Shown: positions 10,717-23,196, counted from the whole stretch's first letter. The stretch: DNA of 63,112 bases, filler included, from Choristocarpus tenellus KU-1152 (GCA_964200185.2; 15 parts of 15 records of this genome joined end to end with filler, not necessarily neighbours in it), one strand, 5' to 3'. The notes: generated by a model not told the origin, from the sequence alone. Program-made: numbers and translations.

Positions 10717-12939
10717 AACTGTTTTGTTTTGTTTTTATCTCCGTTTTTGTGGCATGTGTAACAATCAAGATTCCTTAGAGTTGTGGGCCATTCAAAGAAA
10801 GTATTTCATTGTTGTTGTTGACAGGTTGTCGTATGTGGTTCTACTCTGTATTGTGTATTTTTCCAAAAAAAAAATGAAAATAAAATAAAATTGAGGTGAC
10901 TTTGTTGTGTACGATGTGGAAATCGTTGTGTACCCGCCTCTCTGGTACTTGGGTCACTGATGCCAAATCAAGAATCAGAGTGCAGATTGTGCATTTATGG
11001 CATGAGAAAACCTGGTATGTCCATATTCACATTGTTCATGGACCAAAGTTTTGACATCCTGTAAATGTTGTGGTGATCGATTGCATTTGTCTTGTTTCTT
11101 TTTTTTTAAAGGTCGACATTTTTGTGAGAAAAATGTGCGGGTATATCTTTGTTAATGGTGTGATGCCATTTGAGTTAAGTTATTGTTAGTATTGCTACTA
11201 TAGCGTATTGATTTTTAAGGTATACCTTAATTCTGTGTATTTTTGTGTTTGGGAAATGTACATCAGAATAGAGAGGGAGATTGTTATGACAGGCACAAAA
11301 CACTAAAAATATGTGCTTGAAAAATATTATTGTTAGTATTACATACATTATTATATATATTGAGGTATACTAGTTCTACATACTCAAGGCAGTTTTTATG
11401 TATCTCAAATTTGTTTTCTATTTTACTTTTGCTCTTGATGAAATTAAATCCCTCCTATAGTTTTGCTTCTTGCTGGGGAATAGTCTTGAATCACACAATA
11501 CATATTATATACATACCAAGTTTTGGTTTTCTGTTAGCTGTACTGTTTCAACTCTGTTAGGGGTTGGGGTTAGGGTTAGGGCTATTGTGGTGCCTCACTC
11601 TTTTGAACTTTTAAGGTGTATGTCATGTCTTGTGGGTATTCAACAAAAGAAATAAGATGAAAAAAATAAATGTTAAAATGTTTATTTTTATTATTCTGAG
11701 ACGTTCTACCGGGGCTTGACGGCATGCCAGCTCCATTAGTAGATATTTGATTGAAGCCTTGGATAAAGAGGATTGAAACCGACCAGCCCTGTTGAAATGT
11801 GTCAAGCCAACTCCTAATTTTTCCCAAACATGTGTGGGAATATTATACATGTATATATATTTAAGAAATCCCCATGCTAACCACCTACATTATCATCTTA
11901 TAGTATCCATAAGGTTAGTCAGTCAGGCCCTGAGTAGGCTGATTTATTTTATTTTTAAAAACTGAACGGCGTGCTGGGAACCAGGCGGCCCTGATAGTAT
12001 TTCTGAAAGCCCTGGACCAGGTCTGTTGAAATGGATTCTATCAGGGTCATCCTGCACACTGACTCTGATGAAAAATCTCTGATGGTCCTGAACTGGCCAT
12101 GTCAGGAGATTAGTTCACTGGGCTGTTCTGCGGCCCCAGCCCCTTGATATTTTCCTGGTCCAGTGTAACGCCCTCAATAGTTGATATTTTGTGCTATTAT
12201 TTTCTTTTTATACTCAGTAGTGTGATGTGTGCCTGATGGAACAGTTGCCCCAGTATGCTCCATTTGTGTTTTTTTTAATATCCACCTTGTCTCTCTCTTT
12301 CTCTCTCTCTCTTTGTCTCTCTGTCTAATAGTCTGTTTGCCCAACTAACGGACCCAATCCTTCTACCTTTTTTTTTTGTTTCAAACCCCGAAACGAGGAT
12401 AATGCAATGGTGAACTGTGCATCTACTAGAAATATAAATAAATATATATATAGTGTGTAGATATATCCAGTGCCTTATGTTTGGGCACATGATGGGTTTT
12501 TATCGACAAAGTACGGCAGTAGCGTTTTTAAAGTGCAGTACGGCAGTAGCATTTTTACATTGAGGGGCTAGGGGAAATGGCGCAAAGAGCAACACATGGA
12601 CCAATCGAAGGGCCTGTGTGGTAACATTGATAATGATTGACATTGAGAACACGTGAGCCAATAGGGTGTAATCACCCCCCTGAACCTTACATACACATTA
12701 TTGGTATCGATTCTCGCAGTTTAATTACTAACAAAACATGCTTGCCAATATAGGGTGTAGTCACACCCCACAACTTAATATTGATATATTATTCATTGAT
12801 TTTGGCGGTTTAATCATGAACAAAACGTAATTAAATGATAATTGCGTGCCATTCATACCCTCCATGCCATGCCCTTCTCCCTCCCCCTTCCACATTGGGC
12901 TGCAAACCCTTATTAAACCCCTCATTTTTGTGGAGACAG

Positions 12940-13088
12940 AGGGCGACATGGGAGTGAAGGTTTGCTGCGTGCCTAGCCATGTGCATCACGTTCTGTTTGA
13001 GGTACTCAAGAATGCCATGAGGGCTGCGTCACTTAAACACCGAAAATTGAGAGACATGCTTCCTCCGGTCTGTGTCCGTATTGCCAAG
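12940..13088 (+). CDS. Exon of a mitochondrial PDK/BCKDK-family protein kinase (GHKL ATPase domain, N-box)
   Basis: CVPSHVHHVLFEVLKNAMRA...LPPVCVRIAK matches the PDK-family motif [YC]VPSHL.H.LFEL.KN.MRA...LPP. Donor AAG|GTGAAA at 13089; the acceptor position is approximate. Confidence 0.85.
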
Positions 13089-13461
13089 GTGAAAGGTGCC
13101 AAGATAGAGATGCCAAGATAGACGGGAAAAAAATGTTCTTATTGATTGAATCCACCACATACACACATACATGTTGGAGGGGGGAAAAGAAAAGGTTGAT
13201 AGGGGGGGGGATGATAAGAAAAAAAAAAAGAGTGTACTTTTTTCTTTTTTATTCATGAGTGATGTTGATATTTTTTTAGGGGGGTTTGGGGGGACACGTT
13301 TCTTATTAATGATTTTTTTTTCCTTTCCTCCCCCCACTAACAACTTTACATACTATTTNNNNNNNNNNNNNNNNNNNNNNNNNNNNNNNNNNNNNNNNNN
13401 NNTTAATTAATTAANNNNNNNNNNNNNNNNNNNNNNNNNNNNNNNNNNNNNNNNNNNNCTG

Positions 13462-13497
13462 GTGTAGATCTCGGCGGCCGCCGCATCATTAAAAAAA
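13462..13497. other. Illumina P5 adapter remnant plus A-run (sequencing artefact)
   Basis: GTGTAGATCTCGGCGGCCGCCGCATCATT-AAAAAAA versus the P5 reverse complement GTGTAGATCTCGGTGGTCGCCGTATCATT (3 T>C mismatches), at a contig start. Confidence 0.85.
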
Positions 13498-14651
13498 GAC
13501 TCTCAGAGGTCGAATTCTATTGGATGGGATCCACCTTGCTGGTTTGAGGGGTTGGGTGTACCGCTTGCCCACACAGGCTGTGGTGTCGTGCCAAGACCAT
13601 AGCAGAAGACCCCCTTCCTGGTCTCAGATCCACAGGGGTTTTTTCCCAGCTGTGTGCAGAAGGCACTGAAGCAGTCCTGTCGATGAGACGGACGATCTTA
13701 TGTTGGGCCTAGCTTGGTGTCCTCAGGTATTGTGAGCAGCCAGCATATGGAGTTGTGGGGTTTGTGATGGATGGGCTTCACCGACAGAGTAAAGTGATTT
13801 GTAAGAGGAGCCATACAAGTACGTGTCTAAAAATGGTGTGTTAATTAAAGGTTACTCTCCGCCCCACTCCAAAAATACAGGTCTTGCACAATTGAAAAGG
13901 TCATACTCCACTTCGCAGAGATATACTGTAAGTAGCTATTGCTGTGAAGTGGTAGGTATTTAGGAAGAAAACATCATTCCCCCTCCCTTTCTTTCTAGCG
14001 TAGAGACCAAGCACAGAAGAGGATGTTGCAAAAGACACCCAGATAAGGAAGAAAGGGCATCTCATCTACATGTTTATCTGAAGGAGGGATAGAGCGAACA
14101 ACACAAGTAAAGCGAAGAATACATTCCAACCCCAGTCCCTCAAGTTGGTGCTGACTAGTGTGTGAATGCTGCACCTTGACTTCAAATTGACCATTTTGAG
14201 TGTCAAGAAGTATGTTGGAGAAGTATTTTTTTGTTGGGACGATGTCGTACGCCAAGAGCAACTCCAGCACAGGAGGAAGATTGAAGATATACACGCATAG
14301 GAAGAAGTTTCTCCAAAAAAAGAAGAAACTTGGCCAAAGTTTTTCTGTGCTGTTTGGGATACCATAAAGAGCATGGAGCAATCAAGTAAAGGGAAAACTA
14401 CGACAAAACAGTCTACCCCCAAATTTCAATATCACAATTCTCGCTTTGAATTTACACCATTTTCTGGCATGTGGAGAAACCCAAGCCCTAACACCACCAT
14501 AACAACAAAACATGGAAAGTGCTGACAGCAATATGCGTGGGGTGTTGACGAAGTGTGTGGAGGCGCAAAAGCTAAAAAAATGAAAAAATCGCAAATATTG
14601 GGGCGTAAAAGGGAGGATTTCCCGTGTCGAGAAAATCATTTTGGGGGTTGG

Positions 14652-15162
14652 GTTTCCGTCTTTTATGCCAACTCTGTTTGATCAAATTTTCTGACCACCT
14701 TCACAATCACTGCCGTCATCCTGTTCAAACCTCCTCGGGTCTTGGAGATAACGTCCGTACCTTCAGCATAAAGCATACCACACAAAAGGAGTGACTCAAA
14801 TATGTGTTATTCCACTCCCTTCAAGTAGCTTTCCCCCTCCTTTGATCTGTTTGCTTGCGGCCACTCCTTTGATGACATCAAAGTCCTTGGAGATGGACGG
14901 TTCAGAAATGAACCCGTTAACGGCTACACTGAATATCGCAGTGATTAACATATTGAAGAGGACGGGAACTAGCAAGAACACACCCCTGACGAAAGCCCTG
15001 TCTAACCTCGAACCAGTGTGTCCATTCGCCGTCATCCATACTAATACATGACCTCATTCCATCGTAAAATACACGGATGACAGAAATCATCCGCCAAATT
15101 TGACCAGCACATGTCCTTGAAGTAGTGACAAACTGGCAACACAATACCCAAACCAAGAACAT
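14652..15162 (-). mobile_element. Non-LTR retrotransposon (RTE-like LINE) reverse transcriptase relic
   Basis: MISVIRVFYDGMRSCISMDDGEWTHWFEVRQGFRQGCVLA, then after frameshifts LFNMLITA and GMLYAEGTDVISKTRGGLNRMT (degenerate YADD). Confidence 0.85.
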
Positions 15163-15505
15163 GCGATACGATGAAGATATAGTATTTTGAAGTACTATAT
15201 TTTGATTGAGGGAGATGCATTAATCATTCTTAGTTTTTCCGTACGAGAGGAAACGGTCGAAACCGTAACCACGTTATGGTAGTACGAAGTACAATACTAC
15301 TATTGTAAAAGTCCACTTCCAGCTTCAATTGTCAACTAAGACTTCATGCCAAAAATACTGTTTATGGGCGTATGGTAACCTATTTAGTAGAGGCATTCCC
15401 TCCTGCTCAGGGGTTGCCGCATGAGCACCGTCGACTTGCTCCTTAAAGGGTCGATTATTTGAGTTTCGTGCGTAGTGACGTTTTGAAACGTGGCCAAGAC
15501 GCAGA

Positions 15506-15676
15506 ATGCATCGGGGTGATGCAAACAATGCAGAAGGGAAAAGTGCTTGGTACCGTAGAAGGGACCGCAAACCCGTAAAGCCCTTTTCCAACCCAGCAGG
15601 TTGGGAATCAGGTAAAACAACACCAGAGCAACTCAGTGCAAGGCCAAATCGGGTCGTTGTCATCAACGGCGAACAG
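15506..15676 (+). CDS. P4-type ATPase (phospholipid flippase) exon 1
   Basis: ATG...RPNRVVVINGEQ|GTGTGT, joining the next exon in phase 0. R.V.IN precedes the N-I-T-KY motif in P4-ATPases. Confidence 0.7.
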
Positions 15677-16110
15677 GTGTGTATATCCAGGACCAATGAA
15701 CAAACGAACTTATTCATGATCTTCATAGTGAGTTACTTTTGGCTAGGGAACATAATGAGGAGTTATAAACAACTCTGAGGATCCTAGAACTCTAGCAAAC
15801 ATCGGGGTTGTGTTGTCAATGGGACCACATTTCAGTTCGAACATATTCTACTTATTGTACGTACAAAATGTGTACAATTTAAACTTCAACATTGTTGCCG
15901 ATAACTATCAACTCCTAAAGAGAAGTAGGAGTGAATTCTGCGGTTGGTCTTTGATACTGTTTACGTTGTTCTCAACCCAGCAAGGGCGCTTATGACCAGC
16001 TCTGTTCTTGCAGCCTTTTCGCGATAGTTTTAGGGTCTTTGGGGGTCAACTGCTGCTCAATACGCGACCTTTCTTTCTACCTGCGGATATTGTTACTTCT
16101 TTTCCGACAG

Positions 16111-16248
16111 GAGACTGATTTCCACGCGAACGAGATAAAGACAACCAAGTATGAATGCTACAACTTCCTTCCCAAATTCCTTTGGGAGGAATTTAACCCT
16201 GCAACTAAGATCGCCAACGTATACTTCCTCTTCATAGCAGCTCTTCAG
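16111..16248 (+). CDS. P4-type ATPase exon 2
   Basis: ETDFHANEIKTTKYECYNFLPKFLWEEFNPATKIANVYFLFIAALQ, the hallmark N.I.T.KY..NFLPK.L.E.F...AN.YFL motif. Ends at a GC donor. Confidence 0.92.
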
Positions 16249-16526
16249 GCAAGATAGTTGACAGATCAGGGAAGTCTGTACACTGCCTTTGAAAGAGAAG
16301 CCAAATATCCGCTCTTCATAACACACATCCTCACGAAACTTCACATCATTTGGATGGTGGATGCTTGCAAGCAGTATTCTTCTACACCATACATCAATAT
16401 ATGTGTGCGATAGTGCATTCAGTTAGTGATTTGTCATTTCCCTAACCTAAAATTTACAGTCAGTATTACTTTGGTCCCAGCACAAGCTCAAGCTTTGGAT
16501 GGTTGCCGAACAGAATATACACGTTT

Positions 16527-16803
16527 GACCCAAAGTATCTGGGGGGGGGGGGGGGGGGGGCCAACCCGGGGTGCGCTGTGGCGAAAAGAGAAGAAAAATA
16601 CTGCTTGAGGACGAGAGAGGGGNNNNNNNNNNGATGGGGGCGGGAGCTGACGGGGTCTACACCAGGGTGTCCATTTGGGCCAAAATCAGGAAAAATTCAC
16701 GTATATTTTCCATTCGACGTATGCAACCAAATTACCCCAAAATCACGACATTAATAATTGACATCAAATGGACAGCCACTACCCCCCCCAGATACTTTGA
16801 GTC
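16527..16803. mobile_element. MITE family A copy in a P4-ATPase intron (contains a 10-N gap)
   Basis: GACCCAAAGTATCT-poly(G)...CCCAGATACTTTGAGTC; flanks GTTT/TTTT. Confidence 0.85.
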
Positions 16804-17536
16804 TTTTTTTTCCCTTTGCCCACAGGCTAAGCTCTGACCACCAAGGGAAGGCGTGAGAAAATGTCAAACAATGTAGCTTTTAACACGTAACTCAATGGGG
16901 GTAAGAACACTCTGTGTACTAGGTGATCTCAGTTTGTCAGATGCCCGGTCTTTCTGGATGATAGGTATCTTGCAGCAAAAATATCTCACGATGCACCTCC
17001 TGCCCACCAACCAGCTCCTTCCCACCAAATGTATCTTGTATAAACAAGCTACCCCAGGCAATGACAAGAAACTTAAAATATTGGTACACTTCTGGCCCAT
17101 TAATGATTTGCTGTTCATCTCAATTGAACGGATGGTGCTCCATTCCCGATATTGCCATGACGAGACTCTTCATGTAGACTGAAGATATGAGATTTACTAG
17201 TCATTTTGTACTTCAAAGTTTAGATTTGTGAAAAATCTTCAGAGAATAATCTTGCATACATATTCATTGTAGCAAGTGGCATTCGCAGGGCCACCTCCCC
17301 TCCTCCCCACACCACTTCACAAGTCTACAACCCACACCAACACTGTTGCCAAGTAGTCCGGATCTTCCTGAAGAGGGCAAGGGTGTGACTATTCTAATGA
17401 TGACCTACTGCACCCTCCACATACCAACGGGCAGAGTCATTATATCTAGTGCCCCCCCATACCAAACACAACACAAGTGTTACACAAACCATTGCTTACG
17501 ATATGCCCTGCTCCTAACTCTACTCTCGTGGCTCAG

Positions 17537-17623
17537 GTTTTTCCAGAAATCACCAACACATATGGTATTCCTTTCATGCTCCTCCCTCTCTTCTTTGTGG
17601 TATTCATGGACGCTATCTTTATG
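17537..17623 (+). CDS. P4-type ATPase exon 3 (TM1-TM2 region)
   Basis: CAG|VFPEITNTYGIPFMLLPLFFVVFMDAIFM|GTGAGT, continuing LQ in phase 0. Confidence 0.88.
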
Positions 17624-17986
17624 GTGAGTGGCAGTTTTTCCTCACTGGTGTTGCCACACACCAACCAAGGTGAAAAACGAGACTGAAATATGACTAAGGA
17701 CACAAAAAGACTTCTTCAAGACTACATGCACTGCTGCCATATGCAACACCACGCAGAGGGAGTCATTCATCTACAGACAACTTTATGTGGAATAATATTA
17801 GTAGGATGGAACTCTAACCCTAACCTTGCAAGTCAAGCAATCCCCTGACTTGCCAACTGAAGGGGACGGCCTCCCGTTTTTCTCACTGCAGAGGGGAAGC
17901 ACCCAGGGACAAGCAAATGCTATGTTTCCCCCTTTCAGTTGTTGCCTAAGCGGGATGCCAGGCAAACTCAGAGTTGGGGCCTTGTG

Positions 17987-18072
17987 GGGTCAAAGTATCT
18001 GGGAGGGGTTGTGAGGGGGCGTCCGTTTTGGTCAAACTCTTTTTTTTACTGACATTTCAAATCCGACACGTG
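17987..18072. mobile_element. MITE variant C end (same TIR, different interior)
   Basis: GGGTCAAAGTATCTGGG...GGGGCGTCCGTTTTGGTCAAAC...GACATTTCAAATCCGAC. The interior is shared with 21420-21477, and a related end lies at 55845-55934. Confidence 0.75.
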
Positions 18073-18172
18073 NNNNNNNNNNNNNNNNNNNNNNNNNNNN
18101 NNNNNNNNNNNNNNNNTTAATTAATTAANNNNNNNNNNNNNNNNNNNNNNNNNNNNNNNNNNNNNNNNNNNN

Positions 18173-18195
18173 CCCCCCCCCAGATACTTTGAGCC
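18173..18195. mobile_element. MITE TIR remnant at contig start
   Basis: poly(C)-CAGATACTTTGAGCC. Confidence 0.75.
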
Positions 18196-18199
18196 ACAT

Positions 18200-19500
18200 T
18201 ATACAGATGTGTCAGGAGAAAAATCAACAAAAACTATTCACGTGTCCGAATAAACCCTAAGGAAGTAACAGTTGTCATAAATGTGTAAAACATTAATTTA
18301 TTCGCTATTTTACTACCAGTTATGCTACACCGTTCCCTTCCTATGCCTCTGACCTAGCTTAGTGCTGTACTCCAGGGCGAGGGGCTAGGGAGGCATCCCA
18401 CGAATCTAACAGGCCCCTCGTTCCTTGCCCATCTCTCTGGTGTCTCCAGTTTAAGGCGCATTATTTGTTTTTTCTGATTCTCACATTTGAAAAGGTTATT
18501 CGCAAAAACCCATAACGATGCAGACTTGTATGGGATAGAGGAAGTATATAGAGAGAAAGGTTGTGGTGGTATGGGTTTATGATATTTTGAAACAAACACG
18601 ATCGAATCCGGCCAGAAGCCTACGGGTGAGAGTAATGGTCAGTACACATAGTGTACAAACACCGAATGGACACCTTGATGTAGATCCCCCCCTCCCCCCC
18701 CAGATACGAGGATCAAAGATCCCTCGTAGTGGGTGCGCTTTTGCGGTTTGGGTGTGGCTCAAAGTATCTGGGGAGGGTGGTGACTATCCATTCGGGGTGC
18801 AAGTTTCCATGTCACGATTCTTGGGTGATTTGGTTGCATGCGTAGGGTGTATAATGTAAGTGCACTTCTCCTGGTCAGGGCCTGAATGGACACCCTGGTG
18901 TAGACTCCCCCAACCCCCGGAAACTTTGAGCCTGCAGCAGCAGCTACACCATTGCCAGAGGATGAGTGGGGCAGATGATAGGCTGCTTGGACTTCTGCAA
19001 AAGTAAAATGTAGGAGGGGACCCTTGTCCCGGTAGGGAGCTGAGCCAGAGTCTGAGATTGCCCCAGAATGGAGCACCCCAGTCCATCCAGGACTTCCAGT
19101 CTACGGTAAACGGGCTGTTATGTTCCATAGTGCGAGAGATGCCCATTCCCGGGTAGAGTTAGCCTTAGGCATTTCATCATCAGCGTGTCCTGTTGCCCTT
19201 GACCTCGCACCTGAGGGCAGGTGCGGGCATATTGGGTGCCCATATTGTGCCAACTGCACCCGACCACTGGGCACCTCTTGGGTAGGGCATACTCCCTATT
19301 GAGTGATCTGCTGGCACTAGTCTAAACTCTACCAGAGGAACCCAGCGTGCTGGTTCCAGGGATTGTGTACTAGGCACCTGTTGGGTAGGGATACTCCCTA
19401 CCCAGTGATCTGCTGGCACTAGTCTAAACTCTGCCAGAGGAATCTAGCATGCTGGTTCCAGGTATTGTGTAGAGGCCTATGCATTGGCCTCTTCTCGACA
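18200..19500 (-). mobile_element. CRE-like (RLE-type) non-LTR retrotransposon 3' relic, interrupted by MITE sequence
   Basis: Homologous at DNA level to 60520-61330. Encodes fragments STQSLEPARWVPLVEFRL, MGISRTMEHNSPFTVDWKSWMD and YRDKGPLLHFTFAEVQAAYHL...GNGVAA, resembling brown-algal CRE-type C-termini. Internal duplication of about 108 bp near 19270-19470. Confidence 0.7.
18756..18932. mobile_element. MITE family A, full length (177 bp)
   Basis: TIRs GGCTCAAAGTATCTGGGG...CCCCGGAAACTTTGAGCC with internal inverted TCCATT/AATGGA motifs. Confidence 0.9.
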
Positions 19501-20703
19501 CTGGTTCTGATTGCGGGATACAACTAGTGAAAACCTTTCCCTCCCTTGTTCCTCTACATCTTGTATGCGTTGCAGAGATGGGCGAGCGGTCCAAAAAATG
19601 TTTTACATACGTTGAGGATGAGTCGTATCGACAATATTTGCACGTGTTTTAGGACAGGAGTTGTCATGTGCGCGATTATGCAAGGACTAATCAGCAATAG
19701 TTGCATAATAATATGTGTCTGTCACTACACAAGTGGCCCTCTGGAGACGCATCCTGCGTTTCAAGCTAGAGACACCACGCAGATTTTCAAGAAGGGACCT
19801 GCAAAATTCTTGGGATACTTCCCTAGCTCCTCGCCCACTTGTGTAGGGCTAAGCTAGGTTGGAGGTATTAGCAATGTTCACATAACAATGTAATTGCTAA
19901 CCTTTAAGGGAATGCTGTAGTATAGCTGGCATTAAATATTGACTCTAGAGAGATATCTTTAACATTTACAACAATTGTTACGTGTTAAGGTATTGGGAGT
20001 CACCTCCAGGATAAGACCAGCCTTGATTAATTTCGAGGTGATATAAGGCGTCCTGATTGGTGACCAGCGTATCAAATTAAAGGCTGAAACCAAATGCTAT
20101 CGATTGGGGCAAAGAAATCAGGAGAAACAGTCCTCCAACCCAGATACTGGACGACGGACGGACGGATGTCTAAGTAACTTGACTTTAGTGAGGAAAATCG
20201 GCCGCTTGCCTCACCACAACCAACTCCAACTTATCTCATAATGTTGGGAGTGATTCAAGGGTCACATCAAGTTTATTTCGACGAAAAAATCCACTCCGAT
20301 CAAAAGTTTGAGCAGGACAAATTCTGTCCTAGACGCGACTGGCAACATCATATTGTAGGGGGAAAACCTATTATTCTTGTCATACAACAAAGGAACCAAA
20401 GCTGACTGAAGTAGATAATGAGAGTATTATAGTGGTAATCTTTAAGATTTATTCAGAAGTATTACTACTGTTCTGTTGAATCACAACGGAAGATTTGTGT
20501 AAGAATTTATTTTCTGTTGAACCGTGACGTAAGATTTGTTTGCGAAGATGAGCTAGGAAAATCTACAAATTGGATTTTGTACATCATTCCTCATCATCAA
20601 CTTGTATTTTGTTTTGCTCACGAATTCTGAATTATTATTATTATCACTTTATTCCTTGTTTGCCATTCCTCTATTCTCAATTCCTCTCCTGGTTTCCTAT
20701 TTA

Positions 20704-20992
20704 CCCCCATTTGATGACCAACCAGTGTGAATGCCCTTCGTTAATGATTGCCAGCCATACCCACATTTGATGACCAACCCGTGCGAATGCCCTTCGTCAC
20801 CGATTGCCCGCCATCCCCCCCCATTTGATGACCAACCAGTGCGAATGCCCTTCGTCCCTGATTGCCAGTCATCCCCCACATTTGATTAATAACCATTGCG
20901 AATGCCCTTCGTCACTGATTGCTAGCCATCCCCCACATTTGATGGCCAACCAGTGCGAATGCCCTTCGTCACTTCTTGCCAGTCATCCCCCC
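20704..20992. repeat. Minisatellite, about 57 bp x 5
   Basis: Unit CATTTGATGACCAACCAGTGCGAATGCCCTTCGTC..GATTGCCAG.CATCCCC starting at 20708, 20764, 20822, 20879 and 20936. Confidence 0.92.
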
Positions 20993-21419
20993 CCACCTTC
21001 AACCCACACAAGTTACCACTCCCCTCAACCCTACAGCAGTTCTCACACCACTCAACACCACTCCACAATCATCCAAGAACAACCCTTCATGATCCACTTC
21101 AAACCATGCCTTTGAGCTAGAAGACATCTACCCCGCCGGAACTTGACCTCCCCTTCCCCCCCCCTTTCCCAGTGTTCCCGTCGTTTGTGAGCAAGTGACG
21201 GGGTAGGTGGGCGGGAGACGCTTGCTCGGAGATTGCCTTGGTCTCCCCTCCTCGTCTTGTACCCCTGGTCTTCTTTCCTTTTATCACTGACTGGATGCTG
21301 ATCTTCCCGTTATCTACCACTCATTTCCATTAACCCTTTCTTCCCTTCCTTAACTACTCGTTCTCTTCCTGCTTCCTTCTTTTTCTTTCCCCTGCCCACG
21401 CTTGTCCTGTGCCCCCAGC

Positions 21420-21477
21420 GGGGGCGTCCGTTTCGGTCAAACAACTCTTTTTTTTGGGTGACATTTCAAATCCGACA
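21420..21477. mobile_element. MITE variant C fragment at contig end
   Basis: Near-identical to 18014-18068. Confidence 0.7.
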
Positions 21478-21696
21478 NNNNNNNNNNNNNNNNNNNNNNN
21501 NNNNNNNNNNNNNNNNNNNNNTTAATTAATTAANNNNNNNNNNNNNNNNNNNNNNNNNNNNNNNNNNNNNNNNNNNNGTAGAAGGTACATGCAGTATTCT
21601 CCTTCCTTATGGCGAGGCGGGAGATGCGCATTAACACATATAAACATCATTGAAAAAAGCGCTCGTAATCGTTTCCATCCTATCCATGAAGCTTAT

Positions 21697-21897
21697 GAAT
21701 GATTCCCCAGCTCACCACACGATTAATTAGTCACTTCGACGATTGATTTCCAGGCTCACCACGATTAATCGCTCGATTCCACGATTGATTTTCCAACTCG
21801 CCACGATTAATTAGTCGCTTCGACGATTGATTTCCCAGCTCACCACGATTAATCAGTCATTTCGACGATTGATTTCCCAGCTCACCACGATTAATTA
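21697..21897. repeat. Minisatellite, about 42 bp x 5, built from two related half-units
   Basis: GATTGATTTCCCAGCTCACCACGATTAATTAGTCACTTCGAC repeated. Confidence 0.9.
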
Positions 21898-22068
21898 CTA
21901 CAAAAACCATATTGTACCACATCAATTCTGTGCCGCTTTTTTTGGGCATGCCCATGGGTGAACAAAATCGGGGTAGGTACTGTATCTCATTGGTTACATC
22001 TCTCATACACAAAATAGGGTACATCTCACTATTGTCCTATTTGCACACTCTTCACCCATTCCGGCTGC

Positions 22069-22602
22069 AGCAGAAGATTACGAGATCACCACAGACGACT
22101 GCAGCAGCAGGACGATCTATTCTTTCATGGTGACACAAGAAGTGCATCCACCAACTTCAACTCACTGCAAGATCCCTATGACTCCTCACCGGATGGGGAG
22201 ATGGTTGCAAGGAGAGAGATCACCGAAGGCGACTTCAGCATCTTCGACTCCATCATCTACCTACCGCTGGGGACGGTGTCTGTTCGCCACCTCACTGACA
22301 TCATCAATTCACATATCCTCGCAAACTTCCCTTGGACCTACGGCGACACAAGTGACACTGACAATAACAACAATTCCTCATGTCAGTTGTGGGCGAATAC
22401 CCTCGTCATGACCCTGGGTGTTGTTGTCAGGGACCGCTTCAGACGTGCCTTCAGGTTCAGGAATGAACCAAACGCATGGAATGGGCGAAGGGAGATAAGG
22501 CGCTCTCCGCTCGCTTGCGTGGTAAACACGGGCAGACGGTTCTTTGCACGTGCATGGCGAAGGAACCGCGAGTGTGCACAACAGCTCCCTGGATCCAACT
22601 AG
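22069..22602 (+). CDS. Possible exon/ORF of unknown function
   Basis: Open frame of about 175 codons (extends upstream of the listed ATG) with protein-like composition. No family recognised. Confidence 0.25.
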   Translation, partial: SRRLRDHHRRLQQQDDLFFHGDTRSASTNFNSLQDPYDSSPDGEMVARREITEGDFSIFDSIIYLPLGTVSVRHLTDIINSHILANFPWTYGDTSDTDNNNNSSCQLWANTLVMTLGVVVRDRFRRAFRFRNEPNAWNGRREIRRSPLACVVNTGRRFFARAWRRNRECAQQLPGSN

Positions 22603-23196
22603 TTTGGAATACATTCTTGTCATGACTGGTGTTGTACTTTCTGATGGTATCGAGTTTTGTACCCTGCATGCTTGAGAGAGTGCATGGTAGATCAAGTGGT
22701 ATTGCTTAGACCTTTGTACTATAAAGAAATTGTTAAAAAGGTTGTGTTCGAGGAAATCGCTGGCAATAGGACGTTTGTTGTGGTCCTCTGGTGGCCTCAT
22801 GTGTATCGCACAAACAAGAAGCAACGATAATGTCACCAGTGAATGGTTTGTGACAGTTGCCGATCATATCCTCAACAGTAGCTGATGTTCAAACCCATGT
22901 CTCTGTACGGTATGCTGAGGCTGTGATATGCTTCTTGTTGTGACGAACTGCTCATTGCCTTGACTCTTGGAGTGAAGTGTGCCTGTACATGAGGGTGAGC
23001 TGTGGGCACCCCGAGCCGCTCTCGGACAACAGCATGTATAGATGGTAGGGCCACATGTTCTTCTTTTTGGTGAACGGAGTCTAAATCTTGGCCGGCATCT
23101 CTGCAGCACCGAGCACTGTGCCTGGTAGTGTTGGACGTCATTGCCAATAAGAACAAATCCAATACACACATATATATATACATGACATGGCAACTG

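Noticed and set aside
11556-11582. Telomere (TTAGGG-like tracts; also near 17814, 48218, 57290)
   Set aside because: Only 2-4 imperfect interstitial units; not chromosome ends.
12060-12100. Hammerhead ribozyme core (CTGATGA)
   Set aside because: I could not find a compatible stem II/GAAA/stem III arrangement.
20704-20992. CRISPR-like array
   Set aside because: The units are homologous along their whole length with no unique spacers. The context is eukaryotic and there are no cas genes.
21697-21897. CRISPR-like array
   Set aside because: Plain tandem repeat; the putative spacers are copies of each other.
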